A stretch of DNA of 64,000 nt. Source: Anthoceros angustus. Taxonomy: Eukaryota; Plantae; Anthocerotophyta. The notes under the pieces are model-generated. The model made no database searches and was not told the DNA's origin. It saw nothing but the letters and a program-made list of their open reading frames with translations. Shown piece by piece: positions 34,491-46,528 of the stretch (position 1 is the stretch's first letter; the number at the start of each line of letters is the position of its first letter). The stretch is taken from contig MU008166.1 in NCBI GenBank assembly GCA_010909165.1, positions 1,488,001 to 1,552,000 on the forward strand, written 5' to 3'. The translations under genes were made by a program, and so were the position numbers.

Positions 34491-35891
34491 CTCAAAGATG
34501 GAGGAGATTTTCAAAGGACTCCAGCAGCAGCAGTGGATGCGGTAGGGTGGTGAGGTGCGCACCTTGCTGGGAAGGAAAGTGCTCAACAGGGGGATGGTGT
34601 CTGGCGCGGGGCCGCCACAACAGGTGGATTTGCAGGAGCTGACCACATCGATGATCCGGGCCCAATCGGATTTGTTAGATCAGGCGGCTTTGGCTCTCAC
34701 ATGGCTCAGTGTGCAAGGGCGACGGGAGGAAGTAGTGAAGGCCAGGTTTGGCGAAGGGGAGGCCAAGCGCAAGCAACTAGAGGAGGACAAGCGAGACCTA
34801 GAGGAAAAAAGGGCCAAGATTCAGGAGGATTTGTGCAGGGCTCAGGAGAAGCTACAGGCCATGTCAAGTCAGCAGGAAGCGCTCATGGCTCAAATTAAGG
34901 ATGCCCATGAGACGAACCAGGAGATGCAGGGAGAGTTGTTGCGAGCCCAGGAGCAAGAGGCGGCCTCTGTGGAGAAGGCCCAGAAGCTGGCGGAACGGTA
35001 TAAACGGGAGCGGGATGAGGCACGTGGCCGAGCCAGAAAGGATAAGGGAAAGGGGAAGCGAGGTAGCAGGACCACGACTGGGGTAGTGGAAGGAACTACC
35101 GGGGAAGAAAGAATCAGGTAGTCAAACACTCAGGGTTGTCGAATGACGACGGTCGTGGAGTCCACCACCGCTGTAGCGGCCGCCAGGCATTGGCGAGCCC
35201 AACTCAGGCGGCGGGAGGCGGCGAGGATGCGACGTGGCGCCTCGCGAGGACATGAGCCAAGCCACCAGGTGTAGCCCGGGAGGAGGGGGTAAGCACCTCA
35301 GCTGCAGCAGGAGGTCCTATTATGTTGCGGCACATGGATGAGGAAACTTATATTCCTGGTCTATATGTGAATGGGGAACGTGTGCTTAACCTCACTGTCC
35401 ATGTGCGTGTGGAAATAGGAGGGATCAGGGCCTACCTACTGCAAGTGAGGACTCGAAATGCATACTTCTACCACTGCGCCCGAGTGTGGGGGTTGGCCCC
35501 CTATTATGCGGAGGCGACTTTGGAGGAGTTAAGTGAGGAGGAGGTCCAGGCTTGGGTGGGCGAGGCGTGTAATAATCCTCGGCAATAGGCGGCAAGCGGA
35601 AGGCGGAAGCTCAGGCGTACACCTCAAATTAGGGCGTCCAGTGGTGTGAGGTGGAAGTATTGTGGGAAAACAGTCGGATCGGCGTGGCGGAGGCTCGTGG
35701 CGGCGATGGAGGCGAAGGGCGGCGGCCAAGTCGAGGAGGCGCGAGATAAGCGTGGCGAGATGGTGATAGCATCCTAAGGGCGATTTGGTTAAGATCTTGC
35801 CTGGACCTAAGATCGCTCGAATTGTGGGTGCGTCCCTTCATGATGGCCATCTTGGGACCCAAAATTCAGGGGCATGGCGCCCCATCCGATG

Positions 35892-35899
35892 TATAAGAG
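35892..35899 (+). promoter_or_regulatory. Putative LTR TATA box (TATAAGAG)
   Basis: The same GTATAAGAGG motif occurs in both minus copies of this LTR and in the related solo LTR (~46655), each ~0.7-1 kb from the LTR 3' end once duplications are discounted. Confidence 0.55.
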
Positions 35900-36935
35900 G
35901 CGGTGTGCCTCTGGCGGATAATCTGGTTGAGATCCCACACCTGTGGCTGGTTGGAGCGTCCGTCGGCGGTAGGGTGTGCGAGGCAGCTCCTAGGGGTGGT
36001 CGAGAGCTTGCTCCATGAGGCGGAGGGAGGTGAGTGGCGATCCTCGGCGGAGGAGGAAATCGAGGATTGGCGCGGGCGGGTGCAGGCTTGCTCGTGCTTT
36101 CTTTGTGGCCTTGGTCTTCCTCCTTACCCTTCCTTCTGCTGGCTGTGTTCCGGAATTAAGAGTGTATGTGGTGGGTGTGGGTGAAAGCCTGAGGGCGTGT
36201 CGAAAGAAGGAGAGAAGTGGAAGAAGTGAATCGAGAAGGAGAAGAAAGAGTGGCTGAGCACTGTACGCGATGCGAGGTGTAAGGCGGTGTGGCGAAGTTG
36301 AGGATGAGAACTAACTAAGTAACTGACAGTGGAAATTGCGCAGGTCAGAGTGGATCCCGAAACGGTGCTGTTCGTGAAGGTGAGCACAAGAGAAAATATC
36401 ATCCCTTCCAGAATTGTGTGAAGGCGGCCCCTGTGTGTGTGTGGGTGTGTGTGTATGAAGCGATTGAGGGGGACCTGTGAAACGTGGGTCCCTAGGAACC
36501 GATGTGTGTGTGAGTACGAGGTGTGGAGGCGAATAAAACGACACAGGCAGTGAGCCGCCGTGGCCAGGACCCTTGGCCGTCGCGAGATGAGTCGCTAGGG
36601 TTTGGTGTGGGACCCACCTCGGTAGTCGTAGCAACTACCCGGTAGTGGTGAGAGCCACTGCGGCAGTAGCTCGGGAAGGAGGTTGTGGAATAAGTTTGAG
36701 GTCGTGGAAAAGACCCGTGGTAGTCAGACAAGTTGGGAAGTAGTAGTAGGCGAAAAGATAGGTGAGAGGAGGGATAGTAGGAAAAGGCCTAACTTAGGTA
36801 AAGGTCAGTCACGATAGAAGTTAGCGTCTCTTGGCACAAATCATTCCCTTGGGAGCGAATCCCAAGACTACAACGACATTGAGGGTAAATGTGGACCTCA
36901 CGGTGTCCCGGGACACAAGGTTACACTCCACATTT

Positions 36936-36953
36936 TGGCGCCTTTGCCGGGGA
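36936..36953 (+). promoter_or_regulatory. Primer-binding site complementary to the tRNA-Asp 3' end
   Basis: TGGCGCCTTTGCCGGGGA, 3 nt after the LTR-terminal CA; one mismatch to the Athila-type PBS TGGCGCCGTTGCCGGGGA. Confidence 0.85.
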
Positions 36954-37711
36954 ATGAAATCGCTGTCAAGGACGTAGGTAGGACTAACCTCGGCTTACGT
37001 AGAGTCTAGCATTATTAGGTTGATAGATGGATGCCTCGGGTGAGGCAGGCGAGCTTCATTGTGGGAAGCGCCTTTGGTAAGCGACAACGCCAAGCGAGAA
37101 GGTTGCGAGAGTTACGAGGAGGGCGCAGGTCACAACTACTGGACAAGGGAGAGGAGCGGGGACTCGATTCGAATCGAGGCGGACCTTATCAATTGATTCG
37201 GCTATCGGCTCTGAAGCGATACAAGGGCGGTACCCGATTCCACCTTGCCTTTTGGTCTTTGTTCCAGGTTGCCGGAATCAGCTGCGGTCCAGTCGAACTT
37301 CGTGGATGTGGAGGTCAGTCCAGACGTAGTGGCCGGGTCAACTACCGCAGTCGTCGAAAGTGCTACCACGGTAGTTATGGCCAGTACTCCGGTGCTTGTT
37401 ACTACTAAGCAATCTTACCCGTTGTATGGAGAAAAGAAGGGCCATGAGGATCCTGACGAGTTTGTTGAGCGTTTTGAGCAGTTGACGCTTGCCAATCGGG
37501 AGGATGCATAGCGTGCCCGGTATTTTATGGGGTCTTCTGCGGGCCAAGTGGTACAAGCGGGAGTACATAGCTTCTTCCACACCCCCAGCCACCTTTGGGG
37601 CCTTGAAGAGAGCTTTTTGCGAAAGGTTTAGAGGAGTCGATGTGGAAGGATATGTCCTGTCAAAACTCGAGGGATTACGGAGAGGGAAGAAGGAACGTGA
37701 AAAGGTTTCAC

Positions 37712-39037
37712 AGCCTGCGGGATCGTGCTGGTCCTCACTCAGAATTAATGGCAATCCGTTGGTTCGCAAGAGGTCTGGGCACGGAGACCCAACAGCACAA
37801 AACGTTGAGTGTCAGTTGTCGCCGTGTAGGAAGTAAACATGTGCTTGGAGCTGCAAATATGGGCAGTGGCCGCGGAGTCCAGCAACCAGGAGGTCCTGAA
37901 CTCTGAAGCTACCAAGCACACGGCTAAAGCAATCTCAGACTTGGACTGGTTCTTGGCCTTGGAGGCAGCAGTGTATTGCGATCTGATCTCACGCTTAGCC
38001 TCATAGGCTGCTTCTTCCTGCACTCGCGCTCGGTGGCGGGTGGCCCGGCACCAGTGCCGTCCCTTGGCGTTTTGCGAGCTTGGAGGAGGAAGGCGGAAGG
38101 CAGCCTTTGATGGCGGAGTTGTTGTTCCTCCGGGGTTATTCCCTCTCTTGTTGTTGATTTTGTGACCGTCCACGAGTCACAAACATCACTAAACTCTCCA
38201 CCATGTTTAGATGTGCGTTGTGGCGGGATGCCTCCTCCTGAAGGTGCGTGACTCGGTTTCTGATTAGGTGGATTGTCCACCAGACCGCTCGTTGTGAAGT
38301 CCGGACCGGTTTTGGGAAGAGACGAGCGGTGATAACTAAGCCGGAGGCTAGCGGGAAGGCCGCGACATCAAATTGAGACATTGTAGTCCAGTGCAGCCAA
38401 TTGTGCCCGAAGGTACAGATCGGCTCACGTGATGGGCAATACTATCACCTTGTTGCATCCAAGAGTGTAAAACTCTTGTCGGACGGTGACCAAGGTCATC
38501 ACATTCGTTGACTGATAGATGTCATTGATCTGCTTCCAGGCCTCTGCTGAAGTAGTCGCACCGTCGGTGTGATGCAAGGTGGTTTCGTCAAGGCGAAACC
38601 GGCATTTGCATGGCGATCCAACGAGCCACGCATCAATCGCCGACTGAGGTGCGGTAGGCTTTGGGGAAACACCCTCCACCAGTGGGAGAAGATCGCGCGT
38701 GTTGAGAGCCGTCTTCATCCGTCGAGACCAAATCTCATATTTGGTCCCGTTGAACCTATCTCTCTCTTTGAAGTCAGTAGAGACGTTCATAACATTAATT
38801 ACAGGAGCTAGAGATGGCGGAGGTGGCGGTGGTGGTGGAGTGCCTCCTGACATGGTCAAATCCTTGGCTCCACAATTGTGTAAACGAGCAGCGTGTTGTG
38901 ACACAAGGCTCAGAAAAACACAAATGTAGTGTGAGCAAAAATTTTCGAGAGAGTTCAAAGCAAACACACTCACACCACCTAGCGCATCGGCCGGATCACA
39001 TGCTCCAAAATTGTTTTCCAGTACACTCGCCCTATCA
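37712..39037 (-). mobile_element. Ty1/copia remnant 1 (gag, degenerate zinc knuckle, protease)
   Basis: FKERDRFNGTKYEIWSRRMKTALNTRDL..AEAWKQINDIY (copia gag); WLLDSAATAHICSSKHMF (copia protease); several frameshifts. Possible short TG..CA LTR at 38877-39037 (weak). Confidence 0.88.
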
Positions 39038-40777
39038 AAGCTTGACTCAATTCTCCGAACAGTTTCAGCAACATTCACAAGATTAGTGCTAAGATTGTGA
39101 TCGACTGCCAGAGATTTTGATAATGGAGAGAGCGTTGCTCTGGAGCAGAAGCTTGGGCTTGGGCCTTGTTGTACTTGAACTCCTTGTAGGCAGCTTCCAA
39201 AGTCTCAAAAGCAGGAGAGGACAATCTTGGTTCCTCCTTAACAGCTACGACGGTAGGTATTGACGATGTCCCAGTGTTGAAATCGTGTGCAGGAGGCACA
39301 CTTCGCATAGCCAAGAGCCGTTGGAGTTGAGAAGGATCGCCACCAAAATCGCCACTAATTTCTGATGGAAAAGAGCCCGAAAAACAACTAACGAGCGAAA
39401 AGAAAACGAGCCGGTAGGGTGACGGGTCGCCGTTCGCGGGGGCACACTGCCGTTCCTGAACGGGCGCCCGTTAACCGAGCGGGTGGCAGCCGTCGCGGGG
39501 GCACCGCTTCAGCGGCGCCCAACTTAAGGGCACCGCCCGGCCAGGCTGCCCTCGGCGGTTGCCCAACAAGTTGGGCACCGTTTGTGGTGGCGCGACCCCT
39601 GGCGCCGGCCGCGCGGCCGCCTCCAGCGCGGTGGCCTTTCGCTGCCTCTCCCGCGACGCGCCGCTCGCGACCTCGGTATGGGCCGTGGTTGAGGTGGGCC
39701 ACCTCGTGTCTCGGCCGGCGGATGGGCGGTCGGCTGATCGAATCGGGCTCCTCTCCTCTCCTGATTGCAGCCTGGATGGGGGAAACTCGGTGATGATCAA
39801 ATCGTCGTCGCTCTCCCCAAGCGAAATTTCCAATTGAGGCCGCATCGGACAAATCCTTCTGGAAAGACGTGCTTGCTTCTTCATGGCACCTTGAGGATGT
39901 CCTGCAAGGTGAGGAATTGGGCTGGGAATCAGCAGAAGAACCAAAACGCCTGCATCTTTCCTGCAATCTCCTTCGTTGGCGATTGTTGTGACTTGGAGAT
40001 CGATTGGATCCCAATTCTCGAAGATTGTGAGCCGCATCAGGCTGGGGAGTCCACCCTCTGTTATCCAAAGCTTGGATCAAAGCTTCCAGGAAGTTGTCGC
40101 CCAAGGATTGATAGTAGCGAGGTGCATTCTGCCATCCGAATCCCCGTGAATTCCTATGTTGAATTGATCGCCCTTGAGCACGCTCCACATCGTCACCAAA
40201 TCGTCGAGAATGAGCAGCGTTGCGCCTATTTTTGGCCATGTTGGTGTGTAGAAGTGAGACTTGCTTGAATTGGTGGAGGAGTAAAGCTTAGAAGAGCAAT
40301 GTGTAAGAAGGAGCAAGGCTGAATGCCTTCCCCTAGAGACAAAGCCATGCTTATAAACCTATGTAGAGAACCCTATCAAATCTCCTTTTTTTTAAATAGA
40401 TAAATATGATAAAAATAGAAACATGCTTTTCTATTTTTTACATCTTGGCATTATCTACATCATTCAAGGAAGGAGCAATGGATCTTCTAAAGGAAAAATT
40501 GTAGGACACTAAATCTAATCCTATAAGAATAGTGAGTCTAGATTTAGTGTAAGACATGGGTGAGCCCAGCTACATAGTTGTATGAAAGCGACGACAAAGA
40601 TATCGTCGTAACTTCCAATGGTGGTCTTGTCATTCCAATCTGCTATCAAGAACGACGTATCTAATGCTTCTATCCATAAGCGAGCACGTAGAGCTTCATG
40701 CGTCCATTGCTCACCTAGATAGTGATACATTACGTAATCTAGCCATTGGACCTAGAGACCATGGTAAGAGCCCTGTG

Positions 40778-40789
40778 GCTCTGATACCA
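40778..40789 (-). promoter_or_regulatory. tRNA-iMet primer-binding site of a further degraded LTR element
   Basis: TGGTATCAGAGC on the minus strand. No recognisable gag or paired LTR could be confirmed. Confidence 0.55.
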
Positions 40790-41449
40790 AGTTAGAATTG
40801 CATGCGGAAGCGTCTTAAGCAAAGATGCTATATTAACAATGAATCAAGTGTGTTCAAGACGTATGGTGGGCGCCGGTCAGCCGGCGTCCACCTCAGCACC
40901 TGTCATTGGAAGCGGGGGGCATTATAGGTGGTCTCGTAAGGGGTATGTCCTTTCGTTAGCCTAGCTAACTACCTATACTAACTACTAGGTCTAGCTAACT
41001 AACCATATTGGTACAGAACCAACGTGGTCTGCTATTATTTCTAACTGGGTCGCGCGCAGGAAGCCTCCGAGTCGCCCAAGCGTGCTCCCAAGTTTGGCGA
41101 TAAATTTCCAGGCACTTTGTCGCCCAGCCATCCTGGTTGGTGGGGGCATTTCCTCCAAACATTGGGGAAGCCGATGCTTGTAGCAGTAGGCGCGCAACCC
41201 TGAATCGGGCCAACAAGCCAGGAAATCTCACAAATTCACAACCAGGGCAAGGGAGCAGGCGCGCTTCATGGAAAACTAGGAGGACAGTCTATTAAGAAGG
41301 AGGCAATTCGCACTCTGTGAGAGGCCGAAACGTTGGCATGCAAAGCTGAAGTCAAGTTTGCCAAGCAAGCAGTGCCTCCTTTTATGCCCATATAGTACCA
41401 ATAGATGCTTGCTACACAGTCGGGAAAATTGGGTGAGTTCAGGGATATC

Positions 41450-42200
41450 CATTACAGAGGAAAAGCCTGCATGCCTAAGGGCATGTGCCAGGGGACTGAG
41501 GAAGCTTGAATGGTGTGCGCAAAACTTGAGTGGTCAACAAGATTCGTATCCCCAATCAGAAAGTCAATAAAGTCCGGGGGTCCTACTGGTACCCCTAAGA
41601 CGCGAAGTCCTTGCGCGGAAACAATGTTCCCCCCAAGATATTGAAGAGAGGGAGTGATGCTGAACGGGGACCAAACCTCGCACTTCAAGATCTTGACCCT
41701 CAAACCCAAGTGGGAAAACCTCCCTGACCTTGTTCTCTAGTCCTAAGATATGAGAGTCATCCACCACGGACGAAAAGAGACACTCCTCAACCGCGGAGGC
41801 AGTAGTGGACATGGCCCAGATGTGCGCTACGGCGAAGAGGGCATCCGCGAAGGGGTCGCCCCCTGTCTCGTGCCCATTGCCAAGTCAAGTACGGAAACCC
41901 CATCCGTAGATGGCCCATGCTGAAAGTAGAGGTTAGACGGAGAACCATAGAAAGAACGGACAAATGAAATAAGACTTGCCAGCTGCCCGCCCGCATCCTT
42001 GAGCTCCATAAAAATAGCCATTCTAGAGACAGTTTAGAAAGCGTTCTCGACGTGCACCTGCAAGGCGACCCAATCCGAATAAGACTACATAACCGCCTCG
42101 ACTCCAAAGGCTACCTTGTGCATTTCTACCTGGGCTCATCTTGGAGTGGCTATTCAATTACGGGAGAATCATATCACCCACGATACAAGATTTATTAGGA
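41450..42200 (-). mobile_element. CRE/R2-like non-LTR retrotransposon RT fragment (pseudogenised)
   Basis: Across frameshifts: GVEAVM*SYSDWVALQVHVENAF*TVSRMAIFMEL, GTRQG-DPFADALFA, VDDSHILG, GLRVKILKCEVWSP, GLRVLGVPVGPPDFI. Confidence 0.7.
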
Positions 42201-43096
42201 TTATAAGGTCTGGAAGGCAGCCCATAATATTGCATGGTGATATTACAGGTTGTCTCGATGTTGATGCGTTGGTGTCTAAATGTTGATCTTAGACATAGCT
42301 GATCTTGGAATCACACCGTTCCTCTTATAAGGCCAAGGGCTCAGTGGTTATCTCATCGCTTTAGGAGACCTCACTGTGCATTGCTGTTGTGCTTATTTAC
42401 AGTCTTGGAAAAAACTGACGTGATGCTTAGCTGCAGGTGCAAACCTGATCCATGGACCCAAATCAGTGTGGCAGAGGAAGATGATGTGACGTACAGCTGT
42501 AGAGTATCAAGTAAAACAATCATGCCCTTCTGCATAGTTCGTTTTAGTGCGAATATGGTAAACTTGGTTTTGATTGACTTTGCAACCTTGCAATGATGAA
42601 TCAAGGATTTTGCTCCTGGAGGAGCTAGTAGAAGCCTTTAGTGTGAAAGCTCTATGATCATTTTCTCATGCTGTTAAACGACGGCTTGAGAAATTTAGCG
42701 AAGCCAAGGCTTTGGGGTAGACATTTTGGTGGAAGGTGTGCTCAAGTCCCGACTTTTCTTAACCATTTTGGTGGAACTGCTTGTAGTGTGTCAAATATCT
42801 GTTGTCGTGTAAGCTAATCCCATTTTTGACTTGCATCTTATATTCCTTTTCACAGGCATTAACATGCATGTTGCTGCTGACCCTGCACGCATGACAACCT
42901 TCAAATCCAGGAGAATGTCTCGTAGGAGGATCATCACAGCCTTTAAGTGCGAACGCATTCTATAATGCACCGCTTTGTAAAGTTCGCGTGAAAAATTTAC
43001 AAGGCGTTACATTGTAACGCGTTGGCGGATTATGTTACAATATATATTGTCCTTATTTATCTCATTTTAAGATATTATATATGCACTATTTTATGT

Positions 43097-43126
43097 AAAT
43101 TTGGTCCCAACTTAGGGACCAAATTT
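43097..43126. repeat. Perfect 12-bp-stem hairpin in an AT-rich tract
   Basis: AAATTTGGTCCC-AACTTA-GGGACCAAATTT. Confidence 0.85.
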
Positions 43127-43299
43127 GATTAAAATAACGTGCACATATACTGCCTAAAAATTAGGATTTAAATGCAATGGATATAATGTTATTACATAAT
43201 TAAATTCATATATTTATGATCTTAATCATAAATAGATTTATAGATATTTTATTTAATTAATATAATAATAATTTTTATCAATATGATCATTGAATAAAT

Positions 43300-45345
43300 A
43301 CTCATTTATTTATTTATAGATCATTAGGCGTATGCAACCGTGAGGCTATGACACCTGAACAGGAATTAAGAACATGAATGAAGTGACATTTGGGAGAGCG
43401 TAAACGCAAAGAAAGTAGATCAAACAAAGATCAGAAGACTAAATAGCTTTGCTAAGGAACCTACACCAAAAGTAGTCGCCAATCAGCTTGAAGTAAGAGA
43501 TAAGTTTCCCTCTGAGTTTGGAAATACAGAGGAGTTGGCGCATATCATAGTAAGAGCCCTGAAAAATCCGGTCCCACTTGTTGCGGGTAGCCGAGCACTG
43601 ACCAAGGATGTGCTGGTGGGTTTCTTCGGAAGACATACATTTCCGACAAAATGGGTTTCCAGCGATGTTGAATCATCTGAAATAAGCCCCAATAGCCATA
43701 TGCCCAGTCCGTAACTGGGTGAAAAAGGATGAGACCTTACGATCATGAAGGCCAAGACGTTGTAACACCAACGCCGAGGGGCCACCAAGCACCACTCGCT
43801 TTAGCACAGAAGCTTTAGTAGATGAAGCCCACTGTACATGCCACTCCTGCAAACTTGCCACATGAATCTGTTGACGCGCTCTGGACATAGATAAGGTACA
43901 ATCTTCACTGGAAATTGGAAGAAGAGTGGCTGCCTTAGCAGTTTCATCTGCCAGCACATTGCCGACTACATTATTATGGCCCGGAATCCAATGGAGGTTT
44001 AGGGAAACTTGAGGGTGAGCAAGAGAAAGGGCATGGAGAGTGGCCCGAGCCCGTATTGAGATAGCCTGGGAGGAGCGCGCAAATGTGTCAGTTAAAGACA
44101 AGATAGCTGCTTGGTTATCAATGAATATGTTAACTGAGCGAACCCCAGAGAGTGTGGCTAAAAGAACAGGTAGGTACGAGATGGCCTTAACCACAGAAAG
44201 AAGTTCTGCCTCAAAAATCCCATAGTAAGTCTCTAAACCAAAAGACAATTGATGCACATGATCCCTGTTGAAATAGAAAACTGCCGCCCCTCCAACTTTA
44301 CCATCCATGAGGGAACCATCAGTGTAAATTGCAAGAGTATTAGGAGCAAGTAGATACTGAGAATGTGAGGCAATGGCTAACTCAGGAGATGGTAAAATCA
44401 CAGCGGTTGAGAGTAAAGACAGGGGGGGGGAGCCCAAGGGGGAACAAGGCGAGGGAAAATGGTCTCAATGACAATAGGGGTGGGCAACTGTGACACCAAG
44501 TAGAGAGGAGCTTGGGAAAGGAGGGTGAGTCGGCTACGGTTAGATTTGTAATACCATTTTTTGTGGTAAGAGGCCGGTAGAAAGGCTTGGTGCATTGGTT
44601 GGGAAGGAGGGCAAGAGAGGTTACGGAGAAGAGGGTGGAGAGAATGGCGTTGAAGACGGATCTCAATGGGCAGAAGGAAAGCTTCAAATTCAAGGGCCTC
44701 AGTGAAAGTGGTTCGAAGCGCGCCAATAATTGCCTTACAAGTTAGACATTGAACCCGTTGAAGATGTTGAATATGCGTGCGCCCGCCATTAAACCAAACA
44801 CCGCAGCCCTAATGGAGTTTAGGCAAAAGAACGGTAACATATAGTTGTCGCAGGAGGTTAGCTTTGAGTCCCCAAACAAAGGTACCAAGAGAGATAATAG
44901 CTGATAGAGTGCGCATAGCTGAAGCCCGAAGCCTGTTGCACATGGGTGTTCCAAGTTGACTTGGAGTCTAAGTAAAAGCCCAAGAATTTAACACACTCTG
45001 AGGGAGTAATAAGGAGCCATCGGGCAGAGAAAGAGTATACTCCTTAATATTTTCATTGCGCTTGAGAGAAAAATGAATGAGCTCGAACTTGTTGAGATTA
45101 AAGTCCGCGAGGTGCGTAGAGGCCCACTCTGAAGCTACATGTAGCATAGCTTGAAGCTTTTTTGTGGATTTCTAGTACGAAGGAGCAGTGGCATGTGCCC
45201 CAGTGTCATCAATCCAACCAGTGTTGCTGCCCATAGATTGAAGTTGAGAGATAAGGACAAAGGTGAAGAAATGTAGCAACTATCTGCATAGAGTGTAACT
45301 TGCAGAGGATGTTCTTGACGGAAACTAGCATCAGACACATGGATG
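43300..45345 (-). mobile_element. 5'-truncated Tad1/I-group-like LINE with RT C-terminus, RNase H and CCHC knuckle
   Basis: GWIDD and VKFLGFYLDSK..WNTHV (RT/thumb); IETIFP..PPW; RNase H motifs IYTDGS, FEAEL, FIDNQAA, LHWIPGH, GNVLADETAK; QLRTGH; after a TGA, FCRKCMSSEETHQHILGQC. Possible (TAAA)n tail at ~43302-43315. Confidence 0.88.
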
Positions 45346-45374
45346 GCACTTGGATGGTACATGAAGGACTTGGT

Positions 45375-46528
45375 TGAGGAGTAAAAGATGACATGAATTA
45401 CATCCGAGAACAACATGACCTACTGTGGCACTACTTTTGCTGACGGCCAGCCGGGCGTGCACCGGACCCGTGTCGTTGCAATATGGGGTCCGTCCCAAGG
45501 GAATGACTGTTCCGTTTGCGCACGTTTTCGTACTCGACACCCTCCGTCGTCGAGGTACGATTGCTTGCCCACGGTCACCTCACCCGACCTTACGCGTCAG
45601 CCCACACGGACTGCGGTTTATCCACCCTTCACCTCGTCCTGCAACCCTCACATCTGACAGCCCGGTATGGCCAAATGTTTAAGGACCCGTTCTCGTCCGA
45701 AATCTTTGTCTCCTACCACTCTCGCTCGCACCCAAGGTGCCTAGTTGAAGTTCACGGTCGGGTGTATGTAGGTTACAAACCTTCGCGTCGCGTCCACCAG
45801 GTCGTCCTCTCCGGGCTATACACGCCCTTCTTGGAGTCTGGCTAATCGCGCCCACTCCGATCCGGGCCGAACCTCGCCTGGAGGCGGGGTCCCAGTCCTC
45901 CGCACTCGCACTCACCACCACGTTTGGGTCCGTCACCGGGACTGGATCGATCTTCTGAGGAGTAAAAGATGACATGAATTACATCCGAGAACAACATGAC
46001 TCATCGTGGCACTACTTTTCTTTGGCCACCGGGCGTGCACCGGACCGTGTCGTTGCAATATGGGGTCCGTCCCAAGGAATGATCCCTGGCAAGACGCCAG
46101 ACTCGACACCCTCCGTCGAGGTACGATTGCTTGCCCACGGTCACCTCACCCGACCTTACGCGTCAGCCCACACGGACTGCGGTTTATCCACCCTTCACCT
46201 ACGTCACCCTGCTTACTCACCGTACAGGCCCGGTATGGCCAAATGTTTAAGGACCCGTTCTCGTCCGAAATCTTTGTCTCCTACCACTCTCGCTCGCACC
46301 CAAGGTGCCTAGTTGAAGTTCACGGTCGGGTGTATGTAGGTTACAAACCTTCGCGTCCACTGTGTCGTCCTCGGCTATACACGCCCTTCTTGGAGTCTGG
46401 CTAATCGCGCCCACTCCGATCCGGCGGCCGCCGAACCTCTGCCCTGGAGGAGCAGGGGTCCTGAGTCCTCCGCACCTGCACTCACCACCACACGTTTAGG
46501 GTCCGTCACCAGGACCTGGATCAGTCTT
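45375..46528. repeat. ~580-bp direct tandem duplication spanning the solo-LTR junction, second copy indel-rich
   Basis: Copies start TGAGGAGTAAAAGATGACATG at 45375 and 45956. The TSD and LTR end are garbled in copy 2. Confidence 0.9.

Larger units (their letters stand above)
34495..37711 (+). mobile_element. Gypsy (Athila/Tat-like) element: LTR, PBS and truncated gag pseudogene
   Basis: 34495-36932 is an inverted homolog of 28003-33095. The LTR ends CCACA at 36932. The gag remnant reads YGEKKGHEDPDEFVERFEQL* / AKWY..PATFGALKRAFCERF (Retrotrans_gag pattern) and is cut at ~37711 by a copia fragment. Confidence 0.85.

Noticed and set aside
39388-40239. 283-aa and 188-aa minus-strand ORFs
   Set aside because: GC-rich, compositionally biased, open in several frames and with no recognisable domain.
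39037-40378. TGATAGGG at 40378 (after a purine tract) and at 39037 as paired LTR starts
   Set aside because: Only 8 bp match; downstream sequences do not align, so no LTR pair can be supported.
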